From contig JAUXMZ010000008.1 of NCBI GenBank assembly GCA_030683105.1, forward strand, positions 4,268 through 68,267: a DNA stretch of 64,000 nucleotides. The letters run 5' to 3'. The translations under genes were made by a program, and so were the position numbers. Under the pieces are notes generated by a model. That model ran no database searches. It saw nothing but the letters and a program-made list of their open reading frames with translations, and was not told the DNA's origin. The DNA comes from Burkholderiales bacterium. Its GTDB lineage: Bacteria > Pseudomonadota > Gammaproteobacteria > Burkholderiales > SG8-41. Of this stretch, positions 27,582 to 37,244 are shown piece by piece. Numbering within the stretch: the stretch's first letter is position 1; each line of letters starts with the position of its first letter.

Positions 27582-30311
27582 CTAGGCGTGTCCAAGCCGC
27601 CTGCGCAACAGCCATTTTTCGCCTTCCACTATAAAGAAGATCAATATTGCACACAGGATGACGCGCAGCCACGCGGCAGCGTCGATGTCTCCGGTGCCGA
27701 ACCACGCCTGCATGATGCCGGCGTAGCTGAACAGCAATTGCAGCGGCAGCAGCACCGCGATCGCAATCAACACATAGCGGTTGCCGAAGAATCCCTGCCG
27801 GGAAAGCACCGAGGCATATATGTAGCGGCTGTTGAACAGATAGACCATTTCCCCTACTACCAGCATGTTGACGGCGACGGTGCGCGCCGCCTCGATCGTC
27901 ATTCCCCGCTCCAGCTCCCACAGGAACAACCCGAAGCACGCGGCCACCAGCAGCACCGAAACGAGGACGATGCGCCAGACCAGGAAGCCGGACAACAGCG
28001 GCTCGCCGGGCGCGCGCGGAGGACGCCGCATCACCTCCCCCTCAGGCGGCTCGAAGGCAATGGCGAGCGACAGCGTTACCGCGGTAACCATGTTGACCCA
28101 CAGGATCTGCACAGCCGTAATCGGCAGCGCCAGACCCAGGAGAATCGCGATGAGGATCACCCCCGCCTCGCCGCCGTTGGTCGGCAGGATGAACAGGATC
28201 GCCTTCTTCAGGTTGTCGTAGATGGTGCGGCCCTCTTCGACGGCATGCGCGATGGAGGCGAAATTGTCGTCGGCGAGCACCATTTCCGCCGCCTCCTTCG
28301 CCGCCTCGGTTCCCTTCAATCCCATCGCCACGCCGACATCGGCACGCTTGAGCGCCGGCGCGTCGTTGACGCCATCCCCGGTCATCGCCACGATTTCACC
28401 TTGCGCCTGCAGCGCCTGCACCAGGCGCAGCTTGTGCTCGGGGCTGGCGCGCGCGAACACGTCGGTACGTGCCGCCGCATCCCTCAACTGCGCATCGTCC
28501 ATGTGCTCGAGGTCGGCGCCGGAGAGCGCGGCCGCGCCGTCGCCGATGCCGAGTTGCGCGCCGATCGCGCGCGCCGTGATCACATGATCCCCGGTGATCA
28601 TCTTGACGCGAATGCCGGCGGCGCGGCACAGTCCGATCGCCCTGATCGCCTCCTCGCGCGGCGGATCGATGATGCCGACCACGCCGAGCAGCGTCAGGCC
28701 CTGCTCAACGTCGGCAAAACGCAGTTCGCGCCGCCCGTCCTCGCAGGCCCGGAACGCGAGGGCCAGCACGCGTTGCCCCGCCGCCGCCAGCCGCTCGATG
28801 TGCTTGTGCCAGTTTGCCAGATTGAGCGGATGATCGCTGCCGCCGCGGCGTTCCCGGCTGCACATGTCGAGCACGCGTTCCGGCGCGCCCTTGACGTACA
28901 CAAACCCGTGGCCGGCATGGTCGTGGTGCAGCGTGGCCATGAAGCGATGCTCGGACTCGAACGGGATGGAATCGATTCTCGGCAGCGCTTTGGACTCGGA
29001 TTCCGCGTCCAGGCCCGCCTTGAGCGCGAGGGTGAGCAGCGCGCCTTCGGTGGGATCTCCTTCCATGTGCCAGACACCACCCTGCTCGCGCAAGGTGGCA
29101 TCGTTGCACAAAAGCGCTGCGCGCGCGACCTCGGCGAGAGCGGCATCCTCCTGGGGCAGCACGTCGGAACCGCCGCGGCTGAAACCGCCTTCAGGCGCGT
29201 AGCCTGCGCCGCTCACCTCGCAGGCATCGTCCCCCGTCACCACGCTCTGCACGGTCATCTCGTTGCGGGTCAGCGTGCCGGTCTTGTCGGAGCAGATCAC
29301 CGTTACCGAGCCCAGCGTTTCCACCGCCGGCAGGCGCCGGATGATGGCGCTGCGTTGCGCCATGCGCTGCACGCCGATCGCTAGTGTGATGGTCATGATC
29401 GCCGGCAACCCTTCGGGTATCGCTGCCACCGCCAGCCCGACCACCGCCATGAACATCTCGGTGGCGGAATAGTCGCGCAGCAGCACGCCGAAAGCGAAGG
29501 TCGCCGCCGAAAAACCGATGACTGCGAGCGTCAGCCAGCGCCCGAACTGCTCCATTTTGCGCAGCAGCGGGGTCGTTACCTGCTCGACTTGTCCGATCAG
29601 CGTGCTGATGCGCCCGATCTCGGTCGCCTGCCCGGTCGCCGCCACCACACCCCGCCCCTGGCCATAGGTGACCAGGGTGCCGGAGTAAGCCATGCAAAAA
29701 CGGTCGCCCAGCACGGCTTCGGCCGCGACCGGCGCCGGCGTTTTCTCCACCGGCTGTGATTCGCCGGTCAGCGCCGCCTCCTCCACACGCAACGATTTGG
29801 TTTCCAGCAGCCGCACATCGGCTGGCACCTTGTCTCCGGATGCGAGCAGCACGATATCTCCCGGCACCAGTTCCTCTGCCGCGATCTCGTGTCGCGCGCC
29901 GTCACGCATTACCAGCGCGTGCGGTGACAGCATGCTACGGATGGCTTCGAGGGCTTTTTCGGCCTTGCCCTCCTGGATAAAGCCGATCACCGCGTTGATG
30001 ATCACCACGCCTGCAATCACACCCGTGTCGACCCAATGCCCGAGCGCGGCGGTAACCAGCGCCGCGGCAAGCAGCACGTAGATCAATGCGTTGTGGAATT
30101 GCAGCAGAAATCGCGCCAGCGGCCCGCGCCGCTGTGGCGGCTTGAGGCGGTTTGGTCCGTAGACTTCGAGACGGCGCCGTACCTCGGGTTCGCCCAGGCC
30201 GCTTTCCGTGACATCGAGCCTGTCCAGAATTTCGTTTCGGGGCAGCGCATGCCACGCCACGGCCTGTTGTCGTTCATCCATCCTGGTAACGGAGCGGGTA
30301 TTCATTTGCAA
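27582..30311 (-). CDS. P2-type cation-transporting P-type ATPase
   Basis: 909 aa. Motifs [26 protein letters not shown] and PEGLP in TM4. Confidence 0.9.
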   Translation of the reverse strand: MQMNTRSVTRMDERQQAVAWHALPRNEILDRLDVTESGLGEPEVRRRLEVYGPNRLKPPQRRGPLARFLLQFHNALIYVLLAAALVTAALGHWVDTGVIAGVVIINAVIGFIQEGKAEKALEAIRSMLSPHALVMRDGARHEIAAEELVPGDIVLLASGDKVPADVRLLETKSLRVEEAALTGESQPVEKTPAPVAAEAVLGDRFCMAYSGTLVTYGQGRGVVAATGQATEIGRISTLIGQVEQVTTPLLRKMEQFGRWLTLAVIGFSAATFAFGVLLRDYSATEMFMAVVGLAVAAIPEGLPAIMTITLAIGVQRMAQRSAIIRRLPAVETLGSVTVICSDKTGTLTRNEMTVQSVVTGDDACEVSGAGYAPEGGFSRGGSDVLPQEDAALAEVARAALLCNDATLREQGGVWHMEGDPTEGALLTLALKAGLDAESESKALPRIDSIPFESEHRFMATLHHDHAGHGFVYVKGAPERVLDMCSRERRGGSDHPLNLANWHKHIERLAAAGQRVLALAFRACEDGRRELRFADVEQGLTLLGVVGIIDPPREEAIRAIGLCRAAGIRVKMITGDHVITARAIGAQLGIGDGAAALSGADLEHMDDAQLRDAAARTDVFARASPEHKLRLVQALQAQGEIVAMTGDGVNDAPALKRADVGVAMGLKGTEAAKEAAEMVLADDNFASIAHAVEEGRTIYDNLKKAILFILPTNGGEAGVILIAILLGLALPITAVQILWVNMVTAVTLSLAIAFEPPEGEVMRRPPRAPGEPLLSGFLVWRIVLVSVLLVAACFGLFLWELERGMTIEAARTVAVNMLVVGEMVYLFNSRYIYASVLSRQGFFGNRYVLIAIAVLLPLQLLFSYAGIMQAWFGTGDIDAAAWLRVILCAILIFFIVEGEKWLLRRRLGHA

Positions 30312-30379
30312 AACCGTATATTATTAAGTTGTTGATAATAAACATTTTTTAAGACGCACCCACTCCCCGTAGGCGCTGC

Positions 30380-30808
30380 CTATCGGGAACCGGGCGGCGC
30401 ATGCAGGCTCGCGAGGTAATCCACCATGGCCTGCAACTCCTGCTCGGGCAGTGCCGCGTACGACTGCTTCATCCTGGCAACGGCCGCGGAAAGGCGCGGC
30501 CGCACCCTGTCCGACGCGACCATCCAGTCGCGAATGGCGTCCGGCGCCAGCCGCCGGCCCACGCCGTCGAGCGGGCTGCGCGGATTGCCCTGGCCGCCGA
30601 TGGCATGGCAGCCGGCGCAACCGTTTCTGTCATACGCAGCCCGTCCGGCCGCAACGGCCGGCGACTGGAATTGCGGCACAGGCTCTTGCACCTCAGGCCG
30701 AACTTCCTGCGGCCCCGGCGCGTTATGCACAAGGCTGAAAACCGCCGCGAGTCCCACGACGATCAGCGCGGTCAGCGCCGCCAGACTTTTAGCAAGCAGT
30801 TCACGCAT
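30380..30808 (-). CDS. Membrane-anchored monohaem cytochrome c
   Basis: Start reassigned to MRELLAKSLAALTALIVVGLAAV (one TM). Single CAGCH haem-binding motif. Starts 4 nt after the upstream stop. Confidence 0.75.
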   Translation of the reverse strand: MRELLAKSLAALTALIVVGLAAVFSLVHNAPGPQEVRPEVQEPVPQFQSPAVAAGRAAYDRNGCAGCHAIGGQGNPRSPLDGVGRRLAPDAIRDWMVASDRVRPRLSAAVARMKQSYAALPEQELQAMVDYLASLHAPPGSR

Positions 30809-30812
30809 CGCG

Positions 30813-32132
30813 CTAGACCCACTCGAAAAGTTCGCTGTGAATCTGCGCGGACCGGATGCCGAGCGCCGCAAGCCATTTTTCGGCTGATTGCGTCATCGCG
30901 GTGGGTCCGCAGAGGAAGTAGTGCATCTTGCCGCGGTCCGCGGGCAGGTGCCGCTCCAGCATCGCCTGCGTGAGCAGGCCGCGTTCACCGTCCCAGCCTT
31001 CAGATGGCTCGCCCAGAATGTGGACTACGCGCAGATTCAGCCGCCCGGTGAGCGCATCCAGTTCCTCGCGATACAGTGTCCGGTCCCAACGCCGGTTGCC
31101 GTAGAACAACACCAGCGGCCGCCGGTCGCCGCGGTCGGCCAGCGTGCGCAGCATGCCCATGATCGGCGCGATGCCGATGCCGCCCGCAACGAACACGCAG
31201 CCCGGCGCCCGGGGATGCCGGTCTGTCGAGAAAGCGCCGTAAGGGCCGTCGAGAAAAGCCTGCTGTCCCGGCGCCGCGTTCATCCCCGAACGGGTGAAAT
31301 CGCCGACAGCCTTGATGCCGAATTCGATGGTTCCGGCGCGCGCGGCGCTCGAGGCGATGGAAAACGGGTGTTCCCTGAGCGCAAACGGCGAGGCGCCCAG
31401 CGTCAGCCACGCGAACTGCCCGGGCTGAAACCGCATGCCACCGTGGCCTTCCGGCTCGAGGACCAGGGTATAGGCATCGCCCCGTTCGCGCCGCACCTCG
31501 GCCACGCGGTACGGCTTGCGCAGCGTCAGCCAGGGCCGGACCAGCCGCACATGGCCGATGAGCGCGATCCAGAACAGACCATAGCCGGTCCACAGCGCCT
31601 GCTTCCAGTCCGTGTCGATATAGTACCCGGTGCCGACCACATGCCAGAGCGCGAGGCCTAACGCGACGGTCGCAACCAGCGCGTGTGTCCAGCGCCACAG
31701 GTCGTAATCGATTCCGAAACGCCGCCGGGCGAGCGAACTCGCGATAAGGAGCGCGAACAGCGCCAGCGCCGCCCGGCCCGCGGACATGTGCGCCGGCGCA
31801 TCCAGAGGGTTCGCGCTGCCCAGCACTGCCGGATTATCGAAGCGGATAATGAAATAGTGCAGGGCCGCGATCGCAAGCGCGAAAATCGCAAGAAAACGGT
31901 GAAAGTAGTAGATGATGTCGATCCCGAACGGCATCGTCGCGCGGCGGAACCGCGCGGTAAGAATGAACTGCACGCCCATCATCGCGAGCGCCGCGAACCC
32001 CAGCGCCATCGCAAAATCCCACCAGAACCCGCCGGGCGGCGGCACCGGGCCGAGGAGTAGTGCGAAAAGCGGCGCCGTCACCACCGCCAGATAGGCGAGG
32101 AGCCAGGATATCGCCGACAGCAGCGGGCTCAT
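30813..32132 (-). CDS. Ferric-reductase-like transmembrane domain fused to an FAD/NAD(P)-binding domain (bacterial NOX-like flavocytochrome)
   Basis: 439 aa. Six TM segments with conserved His residues, then HPFSIASS (FAD) and GGIGIAPIMGML (NAD(P)H) motifs. Confidence 0.8.
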   Translation of the reverse strand: MSPLLSAISWLLAYLAVVTAPLFALLLGPVPPPGGFWWDFAMALGFAALAMMGVQFILTARFRRATMPFGIDIIYYFHRFLAIFALAIAALHYFIIRFDNPAVLGSANPLDAPAHMSAGRAALALFALLIASSLARRRFGIDYDLWRWTHALVATVALGLALWHVVGTGYYIDTDWKQALWTGYGLFWIALIGHVRLVRPWLTLRKPYRVAEVRRERGDAYTLVLEPEGHGGMRFQPGQFAWLTLGASPFALREHPFSIASSAARAGTIEFGIKAVGDFTRSGMNAAPGQQAFLDGPYGAFSTDRHPRAPGCVFVAGGIGIAPIMGMLRTLADRGDRRPLVLFYGNRRWDRTLYREELDALTGRLNLRVVHILGEPSEGWDGERGLLTQAMLERHLPADRGKMHYFLCGPTAMTQSAEKWLAALGIRSAQIHSELFEWV

Positions 32133-32138
32133 TGGATA

Positions 32139-32591
32139 TTACTTCACCAGTGTCACGGGTACGCTGGACAGGCGCACTACTCTGGCCGCAACCGAACCCA
32201 GCACGAGATTACCCACCGCGCCCAGGCCGCGCGTACCCATCACGATTTCGCCGCAACCCAGGCCCGCCGCCTGGTTGACGATGGTATCCGCCACAGCGCC
32301 CGTCACGACGAGCACCTTGTGTGGCACCAGCGCCCCGACCAGCACCTCGCGTGCTTCATTCACTGCGTGTTCCGCCTCGCATCGACGCGCCTCCTGCGAC
32401 ATTTCCGCAGTCACCAGCGCCGAGACCTCGCCGCTTTTGAACGGTGGCTGCACGTGCAGCAGATGTATGGTGCCATCGTAGCCGGATTTCAGCCGCGCGA
32501 TCGCGTGGCGTACCGCCCGCACTCCCGCCGCAGACCCGTCAATAGCCACGAGAATGTCTGCGCACATTCCAAGCGCGCTTGGTTTCGGCAT
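32139..32591 (-). CDS. Universal stress protein (single domain)
   Basis: Start reassigned to MPKPSALGMCADILVAIDGS. C-terminal GTRGLGAVGNLVLGSVA block. The ORF-track N-terminal extension is Arg/Cys-rich. Confidence 0.8.
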   Translation of the reverse strand: MPKPSALGMCADILVAIDGSAAGVRAVRHAIARLKSGYDGTIHLLHVQPPFKSGEVSALVTAEMSQEARRCEAEHAVNEAREVLVGALVPHKVLVVTGAVADTIVNQAAGLGCGEIVMGTRGLGAVGNLVLGSVAARVVRLSSVPVTLVK

Positions 32592-32652
32592 GAGATTTAC
32601 GCTCAGTCGATGAGAAGTTTGAAAGGCATGCAGCCACACCCGGTACGAAGGT

Positions 32653-33141
32653 TCAGCCGCGCGGCTTGGGACCGGCCTTCTCCTTTTGCTGCTCTTCGGG
32701 CTCGAGCCAGCGCGACACCGGCAGATCCTGCTTGGGATTGCTCGGCCAGTGCAGGTACTCGGTGCGCAACCGCCCGTCCCGGACCGCAACCTTGCGGGTT
32801 TGTGTCTTGCCCTCGTAGACCGCGCTCACCGCATAAGTTCCTGCAGGCAGTTTCGCCATGAAGAACGGGCCGTCGGCGACATGCTCGATCACGGTCTTCC
32901 CGCCGCCATCCTTGATCGCCACGGCGACGTCAGCCAGGTAATTGCCTTCGACCAGGGTGAACACCAGTTTGAGATTGAATTCCTTCTCGCGCGCCTTGAG
33001 ACGTTCCTCCGAATCCACGCCGACACCGCCGGAGACGTACGACACGCCGTTTTTCTCGAAGACTTTTTCCGGGAACCCCTGCGCCATCGCCAGGGTTGCA
33101 AAAATCATCACCGTCAATCCGAACCATCTGATATGTCGCAT
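32653..33141 (-). CDS. Secreted hypothetical protein (beta-sandwich, carboxypeptidase-regulatory-like region suspected)
   Basis: Signal peptide MRHIRWFGLTVMIFATLAMAQG. The segment LPAGTYAVSAVYEGKTQTRKVAV resembles CarboxypepD_reg-type strands. Function not supported further. Confidence 0.5.
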   Translation of the reverse strand: MRHIRWFGLTVMIFATLAMAQGFPEKVFEKNGVSYVSGGVGVDSEERLKAREKEFNLKLVFTLVEGNYLADVAVAIKDGGGKTVIEHVADGPFFMAKLPAGTYAVSAVYEGKTQTRKVAVRDGRLRTEYLHWPSNPKQDLPVSRWLEPEEQQKEKAGPKPRG

Positions 33142-33280
33142 TATTGTTCTCCTTTGCTCGTTGACTTCCCGCATTAAAGGACAAAAGGCACATCTGATGG
33201 TTCCAACTTAGTCCTGCCGCGCGAAACATTGTTTGACGCAAATCAACAAACAGTTTGTCGGAGCCAAGCCCGACAAACTC

Positions 33281-34045
33281 CTAGCCGGTTTTTTTCTTCG
33301 CCAGGTCGAGAAACTGCGAGAGCAGATCCATGGGCACGGGAAAAACGATGGTCGAACTCTTGTCGCCGGCGATGCTGCCCAGAGTCTGCAGGTAACGCAG
33401 CTGCATGGCCTGGGGTTCGCGCGCCAGCATTTGCGCCGCTTCGAGAAGTTTCTCCGCCGCCTGCAGTTCACCCTCGGCATGAATCACCTTGGCGCGCCGC
33501 GCGCGCTCCGCTTCGGCCTGTTGCGCGATTGCACGCACCATGGAGGCATCGATGTCGATATGTTTGATCTCGACATTGGCCACCTTGATACCCCAGGCGT
33601 CGGTCTGAGCGTCCAGAATTTTCTGGATATCGAGATTGAGCTTGTCGCGCTCGGCCAGCATCTCATCGAGTTCGTGCTTGCCGAGCACGGCGCGCAGCGT
33701 GGTCTGCGCCAGCTGGCTGGTGGCCTCGAAGAAATTTTCCACCTGGATGATCGCCCTCTCCGGGTCGAGGACGCGGAAATAAATCACCGCGTTGACCTTC
33801 ACCGAAACGTTGTCGCGCGAAATCACGTCCTGGCTCGGCACGTCCATCACGATCGTGCGCAGATCGACGCGCACCATCTGCTGGATCGCCGGAATGACCA
33901 GGATCAGACCCGGGCCCTTGACCTTCCAGAAACGGCCAAGCATGAACACCACGCCGCGCTCGTATTCGCGCAGGATGCGGAACGATGCGACGACCAGCAG
34001 CGCGAGCAGGAACAGAATACCGCCTATGCCAAAATCCCAGAACAT
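33281..34045 (-). CDS. SPFH/band-7 (stomatin-like) protein
   Basis: 254 aa. N-terminal TM, then a PHB/SPFH domain and a coiled-coil [22 protein letters not shown] lies 6 nt upstream of the ATG. Confidence 0.9.
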   Translation of the reverse strand: MFWDFGIGGILFLLALLVVASFRILREYERGVVFMLGRFWKVKGPGLILVIPAIQQMVRVDLRTIVMDVPSQDVISRDNVSVKVNAVIYFRVLDPERAIIQVENFFEATSQLAQTTLRAVLGKHELDEMLAERDKLNLDIQKILDAQTDAWGIKVANVEIKHIDIDASMVRAIAQQAEAERARRAKVIHAEGELQAAEKLLEAAQMLAREPQAMQLRYLQTLGSIAGDKSSTIVFPVPMDLLSQFLDLAKKKTG

Positions 34046-34062
34046 GATTTGCCTCCAATATT

Positions 34063-34330
34063 AGAAGTTGTCTCAAAAACATTTAAAACCTGATGAAACC
34101 GCCGATGGACGCCGATGAATTCTTTTTAATACCTTCTTTTCAACACCCGCTCGACGGGTGCGCTTGACGGGTACGCCGATAAAACCCACCTGGCACGGTG
34201 ACTACGGGTAATAAATCAGATAATAAAAACAAATGCGTTATGTTCAAGGCGCCCTCTGTGGATTTTCGGTTCCGGTAGTCATCGGCGTTCATCGGCGGCT
34301 AATAATTTGGTTTTTGAGACAGGCTCTAGT
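34063..34330. repeat. Composite palindromic intergenic repeat, copy R1 (GCCGATGAAC-armed)
   Basis: Left end AGAAGTTGTCTCAAAAAC...AAAACCTGATGAAACCGCCGATGGACGCCGATGAA. Right end TCATCGGCGTTCATCGGCGGCTAATAATTTGGTTTTTGAGAC. AT-rich core. Nearly collinear with copy R7. Confidence 0.85.
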
Positions 34331-34364
34331 ATTCGTGCATATGCATGGAAGCACATTTGCACCT

Positions 34365-34405
34365 TTCTCCCCTCGGGAGAAGGGCCGGGGATGAGGGTTG
34401 CGCAT
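34365..34405. repeat. Isolated hairpin module (TTCTCCCCTCGGGAGAA...GGGGATGAGGG) of the repeat family, just downstream of the nfeD stop
   Basis: Reverse-complement match to the CCCTCATCCCTGACCCTTCTCCC...GGAGAAGGG module seen in copies R2, R4 and R8. Confidence 0.6.
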
Positions 34406-34407
34406 CA

Positions 34408-35874
34408 TCACGGATTATTGCGATGTCCCGCAGTTTGATCCGATTCAGGTTCGACGCTGAGCGTCAGCCCGTCGATAGCGGTGACGCGGATTTTCTGCCC
34501 CCGCGCGAGCGGCACGCGGCTCACGATGCGCCAGTTCTCGCCATGAACCCGCGCCCAGCCTTCGCCCTGCATGTCGTCGAGCACCTCGCCGCGGGCACCG
34601 ATCATATCCTCGCTGCCGCTGACCACAGGCCGCTTGCGCGCCCTGGCCGCCATCGCCACGATGGCGAACACGATCAGCGCGCTGGCCAGCGCCAGGGTCA
34701 CCGTGAAGGACAGCGGCACCGCGTAACCGCCCGCCTGCGGCTCGATCAGGATTACCGAGCCGAAGACCAAAGCGATGGCGCCGCCGATTCCGAGCGCGCC
34801 GAAACTCGGTAAAAACGCTTCGGCTATGATGAACGCCAGCCCCAGCAGTATCAGTCCGAGTCCCGCATAGTTGATCGGCAGCATCTGGAATGCGTACAGC
34901 GCCAGCAGCAGGCAGATCGCGCCGACCACGCCCGGCAGAATAAAGCCCGGGCTCATGAACTCGTAGATCAGGCCGTAAATGCCGATCATCATCAGTATCA
35001 TCGCCAGGCTGGGATCGGCGATCACCGCCAGCAGCCGGCTGCGCCAGTCGGGCTCGATGGCAACCACTGCGGCCCCCTCGGTCTTGAGGGTTCGCTCCAC
35101 GCCCTGTATCGTGACTTTTCTGCCGTGCACCTGCTTGAGCAGATCACTGATGTCGTGCGCGACGATATCGGTCACCTTGAGTTTATGCGCCTCGGCCGCC
35201 GACAGGCTCACCGCTTCGCGCACCGCGCGCTCGCCCCATTCGGCGTTGCGGCCGCGCAATTGCGCCAGGCTGCGGATATAGGCGGCGGCATCGTGTATCT
35301 GTTTCTCAGTCATGGTGCTTTTGGGCGCCGCTCCCGGCTTGGATTCGGCATCTTTTTTATCAGCCTTTTCCTTTCCGTCCTTGAGCTTGTCGTCGCGCGG
35401 CGCCTCCTTGCCGGGTTCGGAGCCGGGCATGATGCCGATCGCCACGGGGGTTGCTGCGCCCAGATTGGTTGCCGGCGCCATCGCCGCAATGTGGCTGGCA
35501 TAAAGGATGTAGGTCCCGGCGCTTGCGGCTCGCGCGCCGCCGGGCGCGACAAAGGTCGCCACCGGTACCGGCGATGCCAGGATCTCCTTGATGATCTTGC
35601 GCATCGCCGTATCGAGACCGCCCGGGGTGTCGATCTTCAGGATCACGAGTTCCGCCCCCTGCTCGGCGGCCTGGCGTATGCCGCGTACCGTGTAGTCTGC
35701 GGTGGCCGGACTCACCGCGCCTTCGAGCGTCAAGACCACTACCGGCGCTGCTTGCGCGGCTTGCCCCGCCGCCCATAACACAATGCCGAGGAACACACCG
35801 ATCCACCCCTCCCGCCTGGACTTGGCAGCAAGGCTTCGGTAAAGATATGGCCACATTGGAATCGGAGCTTTCAT
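34408..35874 (-). CDS. NfeD-family membrane-bound serine protease (long form with ClpP-like domain)
   Basis: 488 aa. Signal/TM, ClpP-class protease domain, about five TM helices, and a C-terminal NfeD beta-barrel (VHGENWRIVS). Upstream of the stomatin gene, as in known NfeD/SPFH pairs. Confidence 0.85.
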   Translation of the reverse strand: MKAPIPMWPYLYRSLAAKSRREGWIGVFLGIVLWAAGQAAQAAPVVVLTLEGAVSPATADYTVRGIRQAAEQGAELVILKIDTPGGLDTAMRKIIKEILASPVPVATFVAPGGARAASAGTYILYASHIAAMAPATNLGAATPVAIGIMPGSEPGKEAPRDDKLKDGKEKADKKDAESKPGAAPKSTMTEKQIHDAAAYIRSLAQLRGRNAEWGERAVREAVSLSAAEAHKLKVTDIVAHDISDLLKQVHGRKVTIQGVERTLKTEGAAVVAIEPDWRSRLLAVIADPSLAMILMMIGIYGLIYEFMSPGFILPGVVGAICLLLALYAFQMLPINYAGLGLILLGLAFIIAEAFLPSFGALGIGGAIALVFGSVILIEPQAGGYAVPLSFTVTLALASALIVFAIVAMAARARKRPVVSGSEDMIGARGEVLDDMQGEGWARVHGENWRIVSRVPLARGQKIRVTAIDGLTLSVEPESDQTAGHRNNP

Positions 35875-35937
35875 GGTTATAGGACAGGGTTTACAGCCAC
35901 AAGTTTCTCCTCATATCACATACTGACCATGCCCGCT

Positions 35938-36272
35938 GCGCTTAGAACCCGTTAGGAAATCAAATAAATTTGCCGCCGATGAACGTCGATAGACGCCGAT
36001 GAAAATCTAAAATTCCAAGTTGTCATTACACCGGGAAAGAATATAACCAACTGTTTTTATTTGTTATTAATGGGCATTAGTGGTAACTGATTATTGAAGT
36101 TGGCTTGATCGGCGTTCGATCCCTCTCTCCCGACCTCTCTCCCAAAGGGAGAGAGGAGGCAATTGTTTCCCTTCTCCTTCCTGGATACCGAAGGGTAGGG
36201 GCTTCATCAGAAGGGTCAGGGATGAGGGCCGGGCGGTTACATTGGTCCTGGTCTTTTTGAAATGCGCTCTTA
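35938..36272. repeat. Composite repeat copy R2 (inverted relative to R4)
   Basis: Contains GCCGATGAAC-type 10-mers (35973-36002), an AT-rich core, and the module CCCTCTCTCCCGACCTCTCTCCCAAAGGGAGAGAGG...GGGTCAGGGATGAGGG...GCGCTCTTAGG. Its terminal TAA is the MscS stop codon. Confidence 0.85.
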
Positions 36273-37163
36273 GGAAACGGGAGGCGTAACGTTTTTGACC
36301 TCGAGAACGCCGCTGCGGATATGCAAATCACGCTGCGGGAACGGAATCTGGATTTTATGCTCCGCGAACTTGTCGTAAATCGCGAAGTTCAAGGCACTGA
36401 TCAGCTTGTTCGGTTTGGTGACGAGGGTCCGGCTCCAGCAGCGCAGTTCAAAACTGAGCGAACTGTCTCCAAAGCCCAGGAAACGCACCGCCGGTTCCGG
36501 CTGGCTGAGCACGTCCACGTTTTCCTTCGCCACTTCGAGCAGCACTTTTTCGACCAGCCGCGCATCGCTGCCATACGCCACACCCACCGGGATCTTGAAG
36601 CGCAGCTTGTCGTCGTTGTATTTCCAGTTGACGACATTTTCAGTTATGAACTTCGAATTTGGCACGATCACGGTGATGTCGTCATTGGTCAGCACCTTGG
36701 TGCTGCGCGCGCCGATTTCCATTACGTCCCCCGAAACGTCACCGACCTCGATGCGGTCACCAACTTTGATCGGCCGCTCGAACATGATGACCAGCCCGCT
36801 GATGAAATTGCCGACGATATTCTGCAGGCCGAAACCGACGCCGATGCCGACCGCGCCGGCCAGCACGTTGAGCGTGGTGAGGTTGATGCCGACGGTCTGA
36901 ATGATCACCACGAAACCGATGATCAGCACTATATAACGCGTGATCGTACCCACCGCATGGCGGGCACCGAGATCGAGACCCGTATTGGTCAGGATACGCT
37001 CGGACAGCCAGTAGCGAATCCAGCCCGCCACATAAAACAGCAACACGACCAGGATCAGCAGGTAGACCAGGGTCCACAGCGTCACCTGGGTCTGCCCGAT
37101 GGAGAAAAGCGGGACGGCGAGAATGTCCTTGATCTTGCCCAGCCACTGCATCAGCGTATCCAT
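36270..37163 (-). CDS. Small-conductance mechanosensitive channel (MscS family)
   Basis: TM helices then an MscS beta-domain (GDRIEVGDVSGDVMEIGARSTKVLTNDD). Start set at MDTLMQWLGK, with AGGAGA 5 nt upstream. The ORF track allows 37205. Confidence 0.85.
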   Translation of the reverse strand: MDTLMQWLGKIKDILAVPLFSIGQTQVTLWTLVYLLILVVLLFYVAGWIRYWLSERILTNTGLDLGARHAVGTITRYIVLIIGFVVIIQTVGINLTTLNVLAGAVGIGVGFGLQNIVGNFISGLVIMFERPIKVGDRIEVGDVSGDVMEIGARSTKVLTNDDITVIVPNSKFITENVVNWKYNDDKLRFKIPVGVAYGSDARLVEKVLLEVAKENVDVLSQPEPAVRFLGFGDSSLSFELRCWSRTLVTKPNKLISALNFAIYDKFAEHKIQIPFPQRDLHIRSGVLEVKNVTPPVS

Positions 37164-37244
37164 GCCTGTCTCCTGTGCCTCCAACCAGCCGCGGACGGCG
37201 CGCACCGCAACGGCGAGAATCGGATATAACTGATTGTTTTGTAA

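Noticed and set aside
34088-34100. The CTGATGA sequence at the repeat ends (AACCTGATGAAACC), considered as a hammerhead ribozyme core.
   Set aside because: Only one of the two collinear copies has CTGATGA; the other reads CTAATGA. I could not find a matching GAAA/stem arrangement or cleavage-site context.
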